A DNA stretch of 36,207 bases, taken from NCBI GenBank assembly GCA_964525635.1, contig CAZGJX010000034.1:1-36207 (forward strand), written 5' to 3'. Below are positions 1 through 10,671 of this stretch, in pieces. Source of the DNA: an uncultured archaeon (GTDB taxonomy: Archaea > Asgardarchaeota > Lokiarchaeia > Sigyniarchaeales > SOKP01). Numbering within the stretch: position 1 is the first letter of the stretch; every line of letters begins with the position of its first letter. Made by a program: the position numbers and the translations under genes. The notes under the pieces were generated by a model. The model was given only the letters and a program-made list of their open reading frames with translations, did not search any database and was not told the DNA's origin.

Positions 1-103
1 TCTTGATCCTCCTTATAGAGAATTCTGTCGGAAAAAACAAATAAATAATATGAGGTGTTTTATATCATAATCAAGTACTGAATATAAAAAAAATTTTTAA
101 AAA

Positions 104-1513
104 CTATTTTATAAGAAGAGGATCTCCAAGAATAATTAATCCACGAGATACTATATCTGATGGTCCATGTAATCCATTCCACCACCATAATCTGAATGAT
201 TCACCTATAGTTTTCCCTTGTCCAAGTGGAGTATAGAAATAGCTTATCATCCACATTCCTCCCGATTTTGTAGAACCAATAACTGCTAGTGTATTATTTG
301 AGAACAGATATTGTGTTCCTATGTTATTAGTATAGCCAATATCACAAGCATAACACGAAAAGAGATTATAGAATAATGGTTGTGTGAGAATTCCGTTTAT
401 TTCTGTATTAGTTGTAAATCCCTGTGATCCATCACCCGTTGGACCCCATTGATGTTGATATGCCCAAGAATGAACCATTGTATGAACCCATTCATAAGAA
501 GGATTTGTTATTTGATTAGTTTCATAATCCAGATCAGTTGTGAGTGCGGGAGTATATATATTTGTTATAGTAGAATAACATCCAGATGTAGAGAAGTCAT
601 TGTACATTGCAGATTGTATGTTAAACCAATCATCATCAATATAAAGTAAAGCTTGATCAGGGCGAGTTAGAGCACCAGTTCTATAGTCATGATTTTTTTT
701 AAAATAGTCTTTATAAGCTTGAATATGAGAATAACCAAGATTATTCAAACATTCAGGATTAATTCTACCAACCCAAATTTCTGGAAAGATATCACCAAGC
801 CCATCAACATGCATATCATAATCTCCATCGGGAGTTGGTGTTGTCATATCTCCAATTAGACCATCTAAATCCATCAAAAGAAGATCACAAGGATATGGTG
901 CTTCTGTATCCCCAACAGATTCATCATCATAGAGCAAGTAGGGCATATCACCAATTAAAACTGCTCCAACTAGAGTTGTATTTTGGGAAGCTATCAAATC
1001 ACCCCTAAGGTTTAAAGCATCTGTATCAGACCAACTAATTATAGAGGAGATATATCCATTGTTTTCAATATCTTGCTTATATTGATTTATTTCGGTTGTA
1101 AGACTACTTAAAATAGTGCTATTCACATAAATTCTAACATATCCCTCAGTGATGACTTTAATAGTTGCTGTACAATAATTATTTGAAGGATCATATGCCC
1201 GTACTTCGAGCCATTTCAAACCTAGATTTAATAGAAAATTATTAGTAATTAGACCATTACTATTGATATTAAAATTAGTAGAATCATTTACCCAATAATA
1301 GTCAATTCCATTTGCATCAAAAGCATCTACATCATAAGAAAAGGAGAATCCATATCTATTATATTGATTTGTTGGAGTTAATATCCAATTTGGAGAAATG
1401 TTATCTCCTTGACCTTCTTTATCACCTTGAAAATATAGGTAATAGATTGCTATACCTGATCCAATTCCTATTATAATTATTGAAAGTAATAAAAATAAAA
1501 TTGCTTTTTTCAC
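104..1513 (-). CDS. Membrane-anchored peptidase C25 (gingipain-like) family protein with N-terminal Ig/cadherin-like module
   Basis: N-terminal hydrophobic anchor (MKKAILFLLLSIIIIGIG). C25-type motifs GAVLIGDMP, PEIWVGRI, putative catalytic His (MVHS) and Cys (FSCYAC), and C-terminal TIGESF...ILGDP. GTG start. Confidence 0.8.
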   Translation of the reverse strand: MKKAILFLLLSIIIIGIGSGIAIYYLYFQGDKEGQGDNISPNWILTPTNQYNRYGFSFSYDVDAFDANGIDYYWVNDSTNFNINSNGLITNNFLLNLGLKWLEVRAYDPSNNYCTATIKVITEGYVRIYVNSTILSSLTTEINQYKQDIENNGYISSIISWSDTDALNLRGDLIASQNTTLVGAVLIGDMPYLLYDDESVGDTEAPYPCDLLLMDLDGLIGDMTTPTPDGDYDMHVDGLGDIFPEIWVGRINPECLNNLGYSHIQAYKDYFKKNHDYRTGALTRPDQALLYIDDDWFNIQSAMYNDFSTSGCYSTITNIYTPALTTDLDYETNQITNPSYEWVHTMVHSWAYQHQWGPTGDGSQGFTTNTEINGILTQPLFYNLFSCYACDIGYTNNIGTQYLFSNNTLAVIGSTKSGGMWMISYFYTPLGQGKTIGESFRLWWWNGLHGPSDIVSRGLIILGDPLLIK

Positions 1514-1744
1514 ATTCTTAACCTTTTAAAAAGATAATTATAAATTATTGAAGAATAATTTCTAAAGATATAGAAAAAACATAAATATATAATTCTTTGT
1601 AAAACATCTTTATTTAAAGAATAGAGAATCCTAATTTGATGTCCATAATAACTATTAATATATATTTAATAAAGCTCAATACTCTTTAAATCCTTTTAAA
1701 TAAAAAAATAATTAAAATAAAAAAAAAATTTTCTTAATTTGTAT

Positions 1745-4700
1745 TTATGTTAATAAAGAAGATACTATTATTTCACCAACATCTGAAACATATTCATAAT
1801 ACGGAATATCATCAATTATTAAAACCCAAATGAAATGGATTATTATATCATCAGATGTACAATTAAGCCAGCCATTTAATATTTCTCCTCTTCCTGGAAG
1901 TAGAGATATATTATTTAAAATCGTATAATTGACCTCATAATAATCAACACCGGTAAAGGTAGTATTTGTTATCATATCTTCAAGTCCAAGTACTACGAAA
2001 TCAACGTCATCATGAGCTGTATAAACCATTAAGATAACACTAATGTTATTTACTGCTGGAGCTGAAAAATTATTATCATAATTTTCAAGTTCAATTCTAA
2101 ATCTAGCTAAATCATTTGGAAGTTGGATTCTATCTTCCATTTCAAAATTAAATGTAATTTTGATTAATTCTACTTCAACTAAAATAGTATTAGATGTCCT
2201 TATACCATAATCATTTTCAGCAGTAATTTGGAATTCGTGTATACCATCTTCTAAATTTTCAATTTCATAAGATAATATAGAAGAATCGACAGTATCAATG
2301 GTTGTTCCATTTTGATTAATATAATATATATCAGCGTATTCAGAAGCAGTCCAAAACAGATTAATTTTACCATCAACATCAGGATTATCTGCATTCGAAT
2401 CTAAGATAAATGGTTCAGGTCTAAAATGTCCTAAATCAATGTAAGCGGCATTTGCATCAGAGCCATATCCGACTTCTCTTGAGAATCCTTCTACAAACCC
2501 AGCTAAATTGAGATTTTGGATTCCACCGACATTACTATAAGTTGGAATAAAATAATAGATTGAATTTAATAGAGGGTAAAGTAAAGTATTTCCATTAGAT
2601 GGAGATTGTATTAAAGTTATTTCTTGTGATGCTTCTGATACATAACTATCTCTAGCTATCTGAGGACCAATTAATTGATTTGTTTCTAAACCTCTCGTAT
2701 GATAAAAAATTGCTTCTCCAAAATGTTCTCCATGTCGCATTAGATACATACCTGCTAAAGTTTTTGCTTCTTGTCCTTTATATTCAACTAGATCTAATCC
2801 AACGAATTCAACGATTCCATCTTCAAGAATCGTTTCAATATAGAATAAATCACCATCTTGAGGACGTTCTTGAAAGTCATCACCTCTTCTCCAACTTTTT
2901 AAATCTTTAACATGATATCTATAATTTGCTTTTAATTGTGCTTCTAATAACCTTTCTGGATATCTCATTTGGTCTTTTAACCAATTAGGAGCATTTTGCC
3001 AATTATATTTCTCTCTATATATTTGCCAAAGAGGATATGTTGGATCATTTATAGTTTCTATTGAGGGATTTTCATAAAACTCGAGATTTCCAGTTAATAC
3101 ATCAACTAAGCATATTCCTAAAAATCTATATATGGGAGTGGTTGAATAGGAGCCCACTTTAATAGAGGTATAAATTGAAACTGCATAATACATTTTTCCC
3201 TCATTTTGATCAAAAACAAGATAAGGATCATTATCTATTTTCATATTTGGTAATAATATATTATTTACTCTTGTTTTTACATTTCTATTGATTAAAAAGC
3301 TAAATTCTGATTTTCCAGAATATCCATATAATCCCATACCTATTGTATACCAAAAACCTTCGAGACCAGTTAGAGTTCCATCTGGCTCTCCTTCATATTC
3401 GTATAGATTTTTTTCAATTTGTCCTCTCCATTCTGTATATAGTAATATATCAGAATCAAAAGCACCTAATCTTCCTTCATTACTTAATCCTTGTTCAGAT
3501 AGAAATCTGGGACTTTCAGATTCTCCAAAGAATATTGGATAATTCTCGTCAATTTGAAACGTTTCTGTAATATTTACTAATGTACCATTAAAAGTATCTA
3601 TTGCCATAATTCCCTCAACATGATCATAGAGTTCTGTATGTATTTTTACAGAATCGTCAGAATATTGATTTATTCTTACAGTTTTAGGAGCAACCCAGTA
3701 TTCTGTTTCATTAATTAATACAATATCTGAGTCCGCTAATCCCTCATATGTTGTGCCGATTTTAGCGGATAGAGTTTTTACAGCATAGGTTTGATCATAC
3801 TGTCTGATTTGTTGTATCATTTTTTGATCATAAGAACTATTTGTAGATAAAGTAAAATTTTGAATAGGTCTTTCTTCAAACATATCCAAACCAGCACAGA
3901 GATGTGTCCAATCAATCTGACGTTTATATTTTCTTATCCATTGTTGTTCTTCGTATACTTGTGCATTGCTTAAATTAATACTTGGTCCGACACTCATAAT
4001 CAATGGGATAATAATGATAACTAATGTAAAAATCGCCATGATTATAACACGCTTTCTTTCTTTACCAAATATAATATAGTTTCTAGGATCTTTAGAGAGT
4101 TTTAATTTACCATAAACGGAAATTAGAATACTAAGACCAGCTAGACCAAAAAATCCAACAATAAATGTCCATATTTGTGTTATCTGAATACCATCAAGAG
4201 GTAGAACGGGTATATTGAAAAAAACAAATCCAAAAACTAATGATACTACTAACAGAGCATTGGATACCATTTGGTAGTCATTTCTTCGAATATATATATT
4301 TTGTAATATCTTAAGAGCTGCTCTAAAGATAAGAACACCAAGAATGAAATTTATAATAGGTATATAGAGACTTTGATATATATAAATACTAGTAAAATCC
4401 ATGCTATTTGGATTCATCAACACATTATAAGCATCAAAAATTAATGTAGAAGGATTAAATTCTGGAAAATATCCTTTTTCAATTTGATATAAAACCCATG
4501 AAAATTGCCCATTAATATCAATTAAATGTCCAAGTAAAAAGAATATAAGAAATCCAGCAGTCCACCAAAAAAGTAAGGCTTTTATTCTAGAAGGTTTTCC
4601 GAATCTTAATTTTGTTCCAATTGAAGTCAAAAGAATTCTATCTGGAGGAAGACTCATAATTATAGATCCTATAATTGCTGCAATTAAAGCGGATTTATTC

Positions 4701-5009
4701 CAAAAGATAGAATTAGACCAGAAATTTAAAAAATTAAATTCTATATAGTTAAGCCCTCCAGCTTTATTTTTATAATTGTGAATTAAGATTTACCCCCGCA
4801 AACCATGAAGGCCACCACCAAAAAATAGCAAGTATAATAAGAACGACTACGGCTATAATTGCAAGTAGTAGAAATTTCCTATACTTAGGTTTTTTTTTGA
4901 ATGGTCGATATTTGAATCGATCTTTCTCTGGGGGTTCGTCAATTTCTATAATATCATCATTCTTTCTAGAGTTTGTAAATCTAAAATTACCAATTTTTTT
5001 GAATACCAT
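1745..5009 (-). pseudogene. UPF0182-family integral membrane protein with C-terminal FN3-like domain, split by a single frameshift at ~4773-4790 (ORFs 4770..5009 and 1745..4657)
   Basis: Multiple TM helices followed by UPF0182-like motifs (DNDPYLV, MRYPERLLEAQ, YHV, GNTLLYPL..SIYYFIPTY). The frame of the 970-aa ORF stays open upstream of 4657 (YKNKAGGLNYIEFNFLNFWSNSIFWNKSALIAAIIGSII-MSLPPD) and overlaps the end of the 79-aa ORF by a +1 shift. Could be a sequencing error. Confidence 0.75.
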
Positions 5010-5187
5010 AAAAAATCATTAAATTTCTCTTTTTTAATAAATTATTATTGTTAAAATGTTAAATCTAAATATAGTAATTATTATTATTTTTTAAACTTAA
5101 GATAAAATGATTTATTATAAAAAAAATAATTATATAATTACCTTAAAAGAAAAAATCATCATATAAAAGAAAAAATCTCAAATTAAA

Positions 5188-5589
5188 GTGAATAAGATGG
5201 GAAAAAAAAAGAAAATAAGAGAAAATTTTGATGAAATCTTTAAAAGCGGTGATGAAAAGAAAATAAAGCGTATGCTTCATGAACATCCATGGTTATTAGA
5301 GGAAGTTTCAAATGAAATGAATCAATTAATGGAAAAAGAACAACAAATTGTCGCCGCCTTGGGAATAATGGAGGATGAGCTAGGAGATGCTGTTCCAATA
5401 AATGAAATTTTATATTGTTTAAAAGCAGATTTTGATATACGTAAATCTGAAGTTGAAGTGAAAGAAATTCTCGAAAATTTAATTCCATTAGAACTTGTAG
5501 TGAAAAAACCGAATGGTTGGAGTTTAACTAATGAGGGAGGAACAATATGTGATGATTATATCAATCGATCGATGAAATTTCAAGATTGA
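5188..5589 (+). CDS. Hypothetical protein, probable C-terminal winged helix (start may be ATG 5197)
   Basis: Clean ORF; C-terminus EVKEILENLIPLELVVKKPNGWSLTNEG resembles a wHTH recognition helix plus wing. Confidence 0.6.
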   Translation: MNKMGKKKKIRENFDEIFKSGDEKKIKRMLHEHPWLLEEVSNEMNQLMEKEQQIVAALGIMEDELGDAVPINEILYCLKADFDIRKSEVEVKEILENLIPLELVVKKPNGWSLTNEGGTICDDYINRSMKFQD

Positions 5590-5787
5590 CTTCTTTAATA
5601 TACCCTCTATTAATTTATCCTTTTAAGGGGATAAAATATTTGTTATTTAACCATCTTGTAAATATTAATTATTTAAATCTTATATAAAAATGAGTTTTTT
5701 AAATTTAACTTAACATATATTATCTAAGATAATTTATATTAATTTAACATTTTTAAATCTTAATTTCTCCTCTTTGGTGTAAAAAAA

Positions 5788-8700
5788 ATGAATGAGAATA
5801 ATAATGATAATGTGAATGACCCCTCGAAGGATAAGCATAGAAGGTTGGAAATTCAAAAATTGGATGATGAGCAGTTACAAGAAGAAATTACACATATGGT
5901 TGATCAAGCAGAGAAAATTAGCAGGGATTATGAAATTGCATTTAAAAAAGCTATAAAGGAAGGGAATTTTTTAGATAAAAACGTATATCTCGAGGTTATT
6001 GAGATTTATCAACAGATCAAGAATTTATTGTTAAAGAGGGGATGGATGGAACAAGTACCAATCTATAATAACCAAATTAGAATTTACAAAGAAAAAGTGG
6101 AAAAACATAAGAAAATTAAAGAAATAGAAGCAAAAAAGCTTCAGAAAAAAAAAGAAATAGAGGATAGCTATAGAATTCCAGTCCAAAAAAAAGAAGATGG
6201 AATGAAAAATAAAAAATCAAGGGATAAATTCAGACAAGACTTAGACGAAAAAAGTTTTGAAGTGTTTATAGATAATGAAGTGGATGAAGCTGAGAGGATT
6301 GCTAGAGATTATGAAATCCAATTAAAGAAAGGTAATTTTAATATAGAATGTCCTTATCCCGCAGTTATTGATATTTATAGAAAAATACGAAATCAACTTA
6401 ATGAGCATGGTTGGAATGAGGAAGCATTACTTTATAGAAGTCAAATAGATTTATACAAGAAGAAATTAGAAAATGATATTAACTTAAGAAAAATAGAAGC
6501 AAAAAAAAAAGAAGTAAAAAGAAAATTCGAAAAAATACAGAGATTTGACAAGAGACTAATCCAAGAAGTACAATCTAAAAAACCTCAAATAATAAAGAAT
6601 AGGGGGAGCGATGAAAAATTTCAACAGGAAATAACAGATATGATTGATCGAGCAGAAAGATTAGCAAGAGGATATGAAACTAAACTGAAAAAAGGAGAAT
6701 TAGATGCTGAATCAACTTATCCAGAAGTAATAAAAATCTACAGAATAATTCGTAAGAGACTTTTAGATAAAGGATGGAATGACCAGGCAGCAATTTACAT
6801 GAATCAGATAAATATTTATAAAGAAAAAGTAAAAAAAATCCTAAAACTGAAAGAGATAGAAGCTAATAAAATACAACATCAAAAAGAAATCGAAAAAATG
6901 CATAAAGTAAAGGTATTAAAAAAAGAGCCAATAATTGATAAAAGATTGGATGAGATAAAGTTAATAGAAAAACAAAAAGAAGAGAAACTAGAGAAAGCAA
7001 TGTCTCTTATTAATGAAGCAGAAAGAATGGCAAAATCCTATGAATTAAAATTAAAGAAAAGGCTTTCTGACTTTGAGAGTCCTTATCAAGATGTAATTAG
7101 ATTATATCAAAAAGCTAAAGAGATTTTAACTGAAATTAGATGGGAAACTGAAGTAACTAATATTGCCAAAACGATTGAATTTTATTATTCTAAAAAAGAA
7201 AAAGATGATAATATTAGAGAATTAGAGAGTAGAGAAGAAAAAGAAGAATATATTGTAAAAATCCCTTTAACTGAAAAATTTTATGAAAAAAGTGCTAAGG
7301 AAAAAGAACTACTATTACTGGAAATTGAAAAAAAGAAGAAGTATGAACAAAAGATATTTGACGATGTATTTGAATTAATGAGTGAAGCGGAAAAACTCTC
7401 AGAAAATTATAACCAGCAAGTTATGAGCAATAATATTTTAAATCTAAAAAGTCCTTATGAAAATATTATTGATATTTATAAAAAAGCTAAGCAAAAATTT
7501 GAAAATACAGGATGGACCAGAGAAGCAGATAAATTAAGTGAAGCGATTGATTTTTATAGAATAAAATATGACAAGGATGAAAAGTTAAGAGATTATGAGC
7601 AAGAAAAGATTAAGAAAGGGGAACAAGATTTATTAGATGAACGAGAATTAATCGAAAAAACAAGAAGAGAACAAGATAAGATTTTTAAGAAAGAGGAAGA
7701 AATAGAAAAAATAAAAACACAGGAAAAAGAAGAATTTGAAATCCATAAAGATAAAGCTTTTGCTCTTATGGATGAAGCAAAGATAGAATTAACCAAGAAT
7801 AATTTTGAAAATGCCTTAGAATTATATTATGAATGTAGAAAGATTTTTGAAAAGATAAATTGGATTGCAGGATTAAATTTAATTAAAGACTCCATTGATT
7901 TAATAGAGAAAAGAAAAAGAGATTTCGAAAAAGAAAAAGAAGATAAGGAAAAACAAAAATCAGAACAAAAGATATTAGAAAAACAATTGGAAGATGAAAT
8001 AATAAAAATCAAGGATTCTAAAAAAATAGAGAAAAAACATAGAAAGAGAGAAATAATAATAGTCCAAGAACAAAAACAATTAGAAGATGAAATTTCAGAA
8101 AGAGCTTATAATTTATTAAGAGAAGGAACAAAATTAATAGAATCGAATGATTTTGATAAAGCTTATGAAAAATATATTAAAGCAAGAGAACTATTTACTC
8201 AGATCAATTGGAATAGAGAAGTTTCTCATATAAATCAAGAATTATTATATAATTTAAATAAAAAGAAAGCAAGAACTCTAAGATTGAAAGAATATCAGAA
8301 GAAAAAAGATAAAGAAGAGGCTGAATTAAAGCAAATATTAGAAATCGCAGAAGAACAAAAACAAGAACTGACAAGAAGAAAAATAGAAGAAAGAAGAAAG
8401 AAAATAGCAATAGCAAAAGAAGACAAAATAGATGACTTGGAATTAGCAAATATTCTCGTTCGAAATTTTCGATATAACGAAGCTGTCTTAAAGTTACTAG
8501 AAAAAAAAGAGATATTAAAAAAAAAAAATAAGTTGAAAAAAATAGACAAAATTAATGAAATTATTGAAAGGCTTAAAGAAACCACCCAAGTTCCTATAAT
8601 TATATTGGATGATTTTAGTCTAATTGACAATAAAGATTTTATAAAAAGTTATGAAGCATTAGATAGAGCACAAAAATCTATTTCGAAAGGAAATTTAATG

Positions 8701-8931
8701 AAAACGGTATCTGAGTTAAATGAAGCAAAATTCAATCTAGAAAAAACTAAAATTAATGAAAAAATAATAATAAAGATTGAAACACTAGTGAATAATTTTA
8801 GAAAACAAATTGGACAAGAGATAGTAGATACCTCTGAAAATGAAATAGAGTTAGAAGATTTAAAAGAGAGAATTGCTAAGAGTAGAGCTCAGAGACAAAA
8901 GAGAATTAAAAACTTAACCAAGGAAAATTAA
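5788..8931 (+). CDS. Large Lys/Glu-rich helical-repeat (TPR/MIT-like) coiled-coil protein
   Basis: 1047-aa ORF with GGTG RBS upstream. About 7 copies of AE+xAxxYE...PYxxVIxIYxK...GW...IxxYKxK separated by charged coiled-coil segments. Confidence 0.75.
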   Translation: MNENNNDNVNDPSKDKHRRLEIQKLDDEQLQEEITHMVDQAEKISRDYEIAFKKAIKEGNFLDKNVYLEVIEIYQQIKNLLLKRGWMEQVPIYNNQIRIYKEKVEKHKKIKEIEAKKLQKKKEIEDSYRIPVQKKEDGMKNKKSRDKFRQDLDEKSFEVFIDNEVDEAERIARDYEIQLKKGNFNIECPYPAVIDIYRKIRNQLNEHGWNEEALLYRSQIDLYKKKLENDINLRKIEAKKKEVKRKFEKIQRFDKRLIQEVQSKKPQIIKNRGSDEKFQQEITDMIDRAERLARGYETKLKKGELDAESTYPEVIKIYRIIRKRLLDKGWNDQAAIYMNQINIYKEKVKKILKLKEIEANKIQHQKEIEKMHKVKVLKKEPIIDKRLDEIKLIEKQKEEKLEKAMSLINEAERMAKSYELKLKKRLSDFESPYQDVIRLYQKAKEILTEIRWETEVTNIAKTIEFYYSKKEKDDNIRELESREEKEEYIVKIPLTEKFYEKSAKEKELLLLEIEKKKKYEQKIFDDVFELMSEAEKLSENYNQQVMSNNILNLKSPYENIIDIYKKAKQKFENTGWTREADKLSEAIDFYRIKYDKDEKLRDYEQEKIKKGEQDLLDERELIEKTRREQDKIFKKEEEIEKIKTQEKEEFEIHKDKAFALMDEAKIELTKNNFENALELYYECRKIFEKINWIAGLNLIKDSIDLIEKRKRDFEKEKEDKEKQKSEQKILEKQLEDEIIKIKDSKKIEKKHRKREIIIVQEQKQLEDEISERAYNLLREGTKLIESNDFDKAYEKYIKARELFTQINWNREVSHINQELLYNLNKKKARTLRLKEYQKKKDKEEAELKQILEIAEEQKQELTRRKIEERRKKIAIAKEDKIDDLELANILVRNFRYNEAVLKLLEKKEILKKKNKLKKIDKINEIIERLKETTQVPIIILDDFSLIDNKDFIKSYEALDRAQKSISKGNLMKTVSELNEAKFNLEKTKINEKIIIKIETLVNNFRKQIGQEIVDTSENEIELEDLKERIAKSRAQRQKRIKNLTKEN

Positions 8932-8974
8932 AAGAGAAATTAAAATAAGTATTATATAAAAATAAGCAAATGAA

Positions 8975-9202
8975 TTAATTCTCTTCAATAACTACATTAT
9001 TTACGGTTATATTTTTAATTTCTGGTTCGATATATTTCTCGTAACTCTTTTTTATTTTTTCTTCGATGAGATATTCTGTTTTTATTAGATCCCTAATACC
9101 CACTCTAATTGCTTCAGATCTATTCGGAAATTTTCCATTAGCAACTAAAATTTCTAATACTTCTAAATAAGATTCTGGTAAATTAACTGAGATTAATTTC
9201 AT
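8975..9202 (-). CDS. Ribbon-helix-helix (CopG/Arc/MetJ, CdrS-like) transcriptional regulator
   Basis: N-terminal beta strand KLISVNLP, then GKFPNRSEAIRVGIRDLI typical of archaeal RHH proteins; GTGGTGA RBS upstream. Confidence 0.88.
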   Translation of the reverse strand: MKLISVNLPESYLEVLEILVANGKFPNRSEAIRVGIRDLIKTEYLIEEKIKKSYEKYIEPEIKNITVNNVVIEEN

Positions 9203-9432
9203 ATATCACCACTATATTATTGTAATTTTATTATTATAATATATACCATGGTGATATTTAAGTATTCAGTGGAAAATGCCCCTGAAAAATCCGACGAAAG
9301 TTTCTCAGTGTTTTTTATCATATATTTTCTTAAAGAATTCTTTATTTTATGGGATTATATTAAATATTTTTAACTAATTTATTTATCAAGCGGATTAGAA
9401 CGTCACTTTTATATAATTAATAAAATATATAT

Positions 9433-9458
9433 GTAACGCTTTATAAGTAACATGTAAC
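9433..9458 (+). promoter_or_regulatory. Putative TATA box (TTTATAA, 9440-9446) flanked by three GTAAC direct repeats
   Basis: GTAAC at 9433, 9447 and 9454 around TTTATAA, about 55 bp upstream of ATG 9499, in the divergent intergenic region next to the RHH gene. Confidence 0.4.
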
Positions 9459-9498
9459 ATATTATATATAAAAAAACTCAAAAAATAAAGGTGTAAAT

Positions 9499-9816
9499 AT
9501 GAGTGATATTCAAGCTCAACTACAAGATCATTTAGCTAATGCTCCAGATTGGGGAAAAATGGAAACTCCTGTACCAGGTGTTTTTGTTGTAAAGGTACCT
9601 TCCAGTAAAACAAGACCAGCATTATTATTTTTAGAAGTAAATCCATTAAAAGCAGATGGTAATCCAATGAAAAAAAAAGGTCTTTTTGTTGGTAATTATG
9701 AAATGCTAATAAAATTTAGTGAAGCTTTAACAGATGATAAAGTAGTTCGTTTAATCAAAGAAGTTGAAGATATAAATCCAGAATATGGTGCAACAAGAAA
9801 GAAGTTAAAAATGTAG
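9499..9816 (+). CDS. Small conserved archaeal hypothetical protein
   Basis: AGGTG RBS; well-formed globular sequence (DWGKMETPVPGVFVVKVP...LEVNPLKADGNPMKKKGL). Confidence 0.75.
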   Translation: MSDIQAQLQDHLANAPDWGKMETPVPGVFVVKVPSSKTRPALLFLEVNPLKADGNPMKKKGLFVGNYEMLIKFSEALTDDKVVRLIKEVEDINPEYGATRKKLKM

Positions 9817-9963
9817 ATGGCTAATTGATTTATTTTATTATTCTTAGTTATTATAAATCATAACTCTATATATTATATTCTTTAGAGTAGAAAGTTTTGT
9901 ACCAAATTATAAAATTATATTTACTTTTACTTATTTTTATTAATAAAATTTTAAAAAAAAGGT

Positions 9964-10671
9964 TTATAAATTATTAAGAAGCAAAGATAAATCCTCTATT
10001 TCGTTGATAAACTTATCTAAATAGTTATACATTTCTGATACATCCTCATCTGTTAGAATTCCACAATTTTTCATATCTTCTATTTTCAATTTAATAAAAT
10101 TTAGGTGATATATTGTTTGATTCATATTTATTTCTACGGAATATGTACAATTTTCAGATAAAGCTATAAGCACAAGGTCAAGATATCCCGCTATTATCCA
10201 TAAATTAATATTTATGGATAATGTCATTGTTCTATTGTAATTATTAAATAAAAAATCTCCAAATTGATTTATCTTAGTTTCAATATGTGCTATTTTCATT
10301 GATAATTCAGTATCTACTATTCTTCCCATGATAAAGGTTATATTATCCCGAATTCTATGAATTTTTATGGATATATAGTCATAATCAGTTTCAGAAATAC
10401 ACCCGATATTATCCAAAAGATAAGTCATTGCATCAGCTAATTTTAAATTTACTTTTGAAAGACTATCTAAGATTAGTGTTTTTGTAGTATAATCTAAAGA
10501 CATAGTAACTAACGCATTATCTAGATGATTTGAAGCAATCCAAAGGTGAATATCAATAGATATACCAACCATGAATTCTTGATTATTAAAAATTTCATCA
10601 GCCAATTGATCAATCTCAATTATTATGCTTGCTGTTTCTAAAGCACATTCTGTACCCACTATCGCTCCCAT
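9964..10671 (-). CDS. Helical-bundle repeat protein, probably a 5'-truncated gene fragment
   Basis: Internal repeat HRIRDNITFIMGRIVDTE is also encoded in frame across the ATG (HRIRDHITITMGAIVGTE). The frame is closed by TAG at 10729-10731. Confidence 0.55.
   Translation of the reverse strand: MGAIVGTECALETASIIIEIDQLADEIFNNQEFMVGISIDIHLWIASNHLDNALVTMSLDYTTKTLILDSLSKVNLKLADAMTYLLDNIGCISETDYDYISIKIHRIRDNITFIMGRIVDTELSMKIAHIETKINQFGDFLFNNYNRTMTLSININLWIIAGYLDLVLIALSENCTYSVEINMNQTIYHLNFIKLKIEDMKNCGILTDEDVSEMYNYLDKFINEIEDLSLLLNNL

Noticed and set aside
26-32. TGTCGGA/TCCGAC motif recurring at 26, ~9290 and inside the MITE
   Set aside because: Too short and too few occurrences to support a regulatory motif without statistics.
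5614-5635. TTTATCC...GGATAAA inverted repeat after ORF 5188
   Set aside because: Short AT-rich arms; cannot be distinguished from chance or assigned as terminator/operator.
7593-8630. Antisense ORFs rich in F/L/S inside the 1047-aa gene (and similar shadow ORFs at 449, 2680, 3288, 3343, 5240, 11220, 12123, 13109, 13613, 18659, 19569, 21490, 22936, 28767, 30330, 30437, 35457)
   Set aside because: They overlap well-supported genes, and their composition mirrors the codon bias of the real gene.
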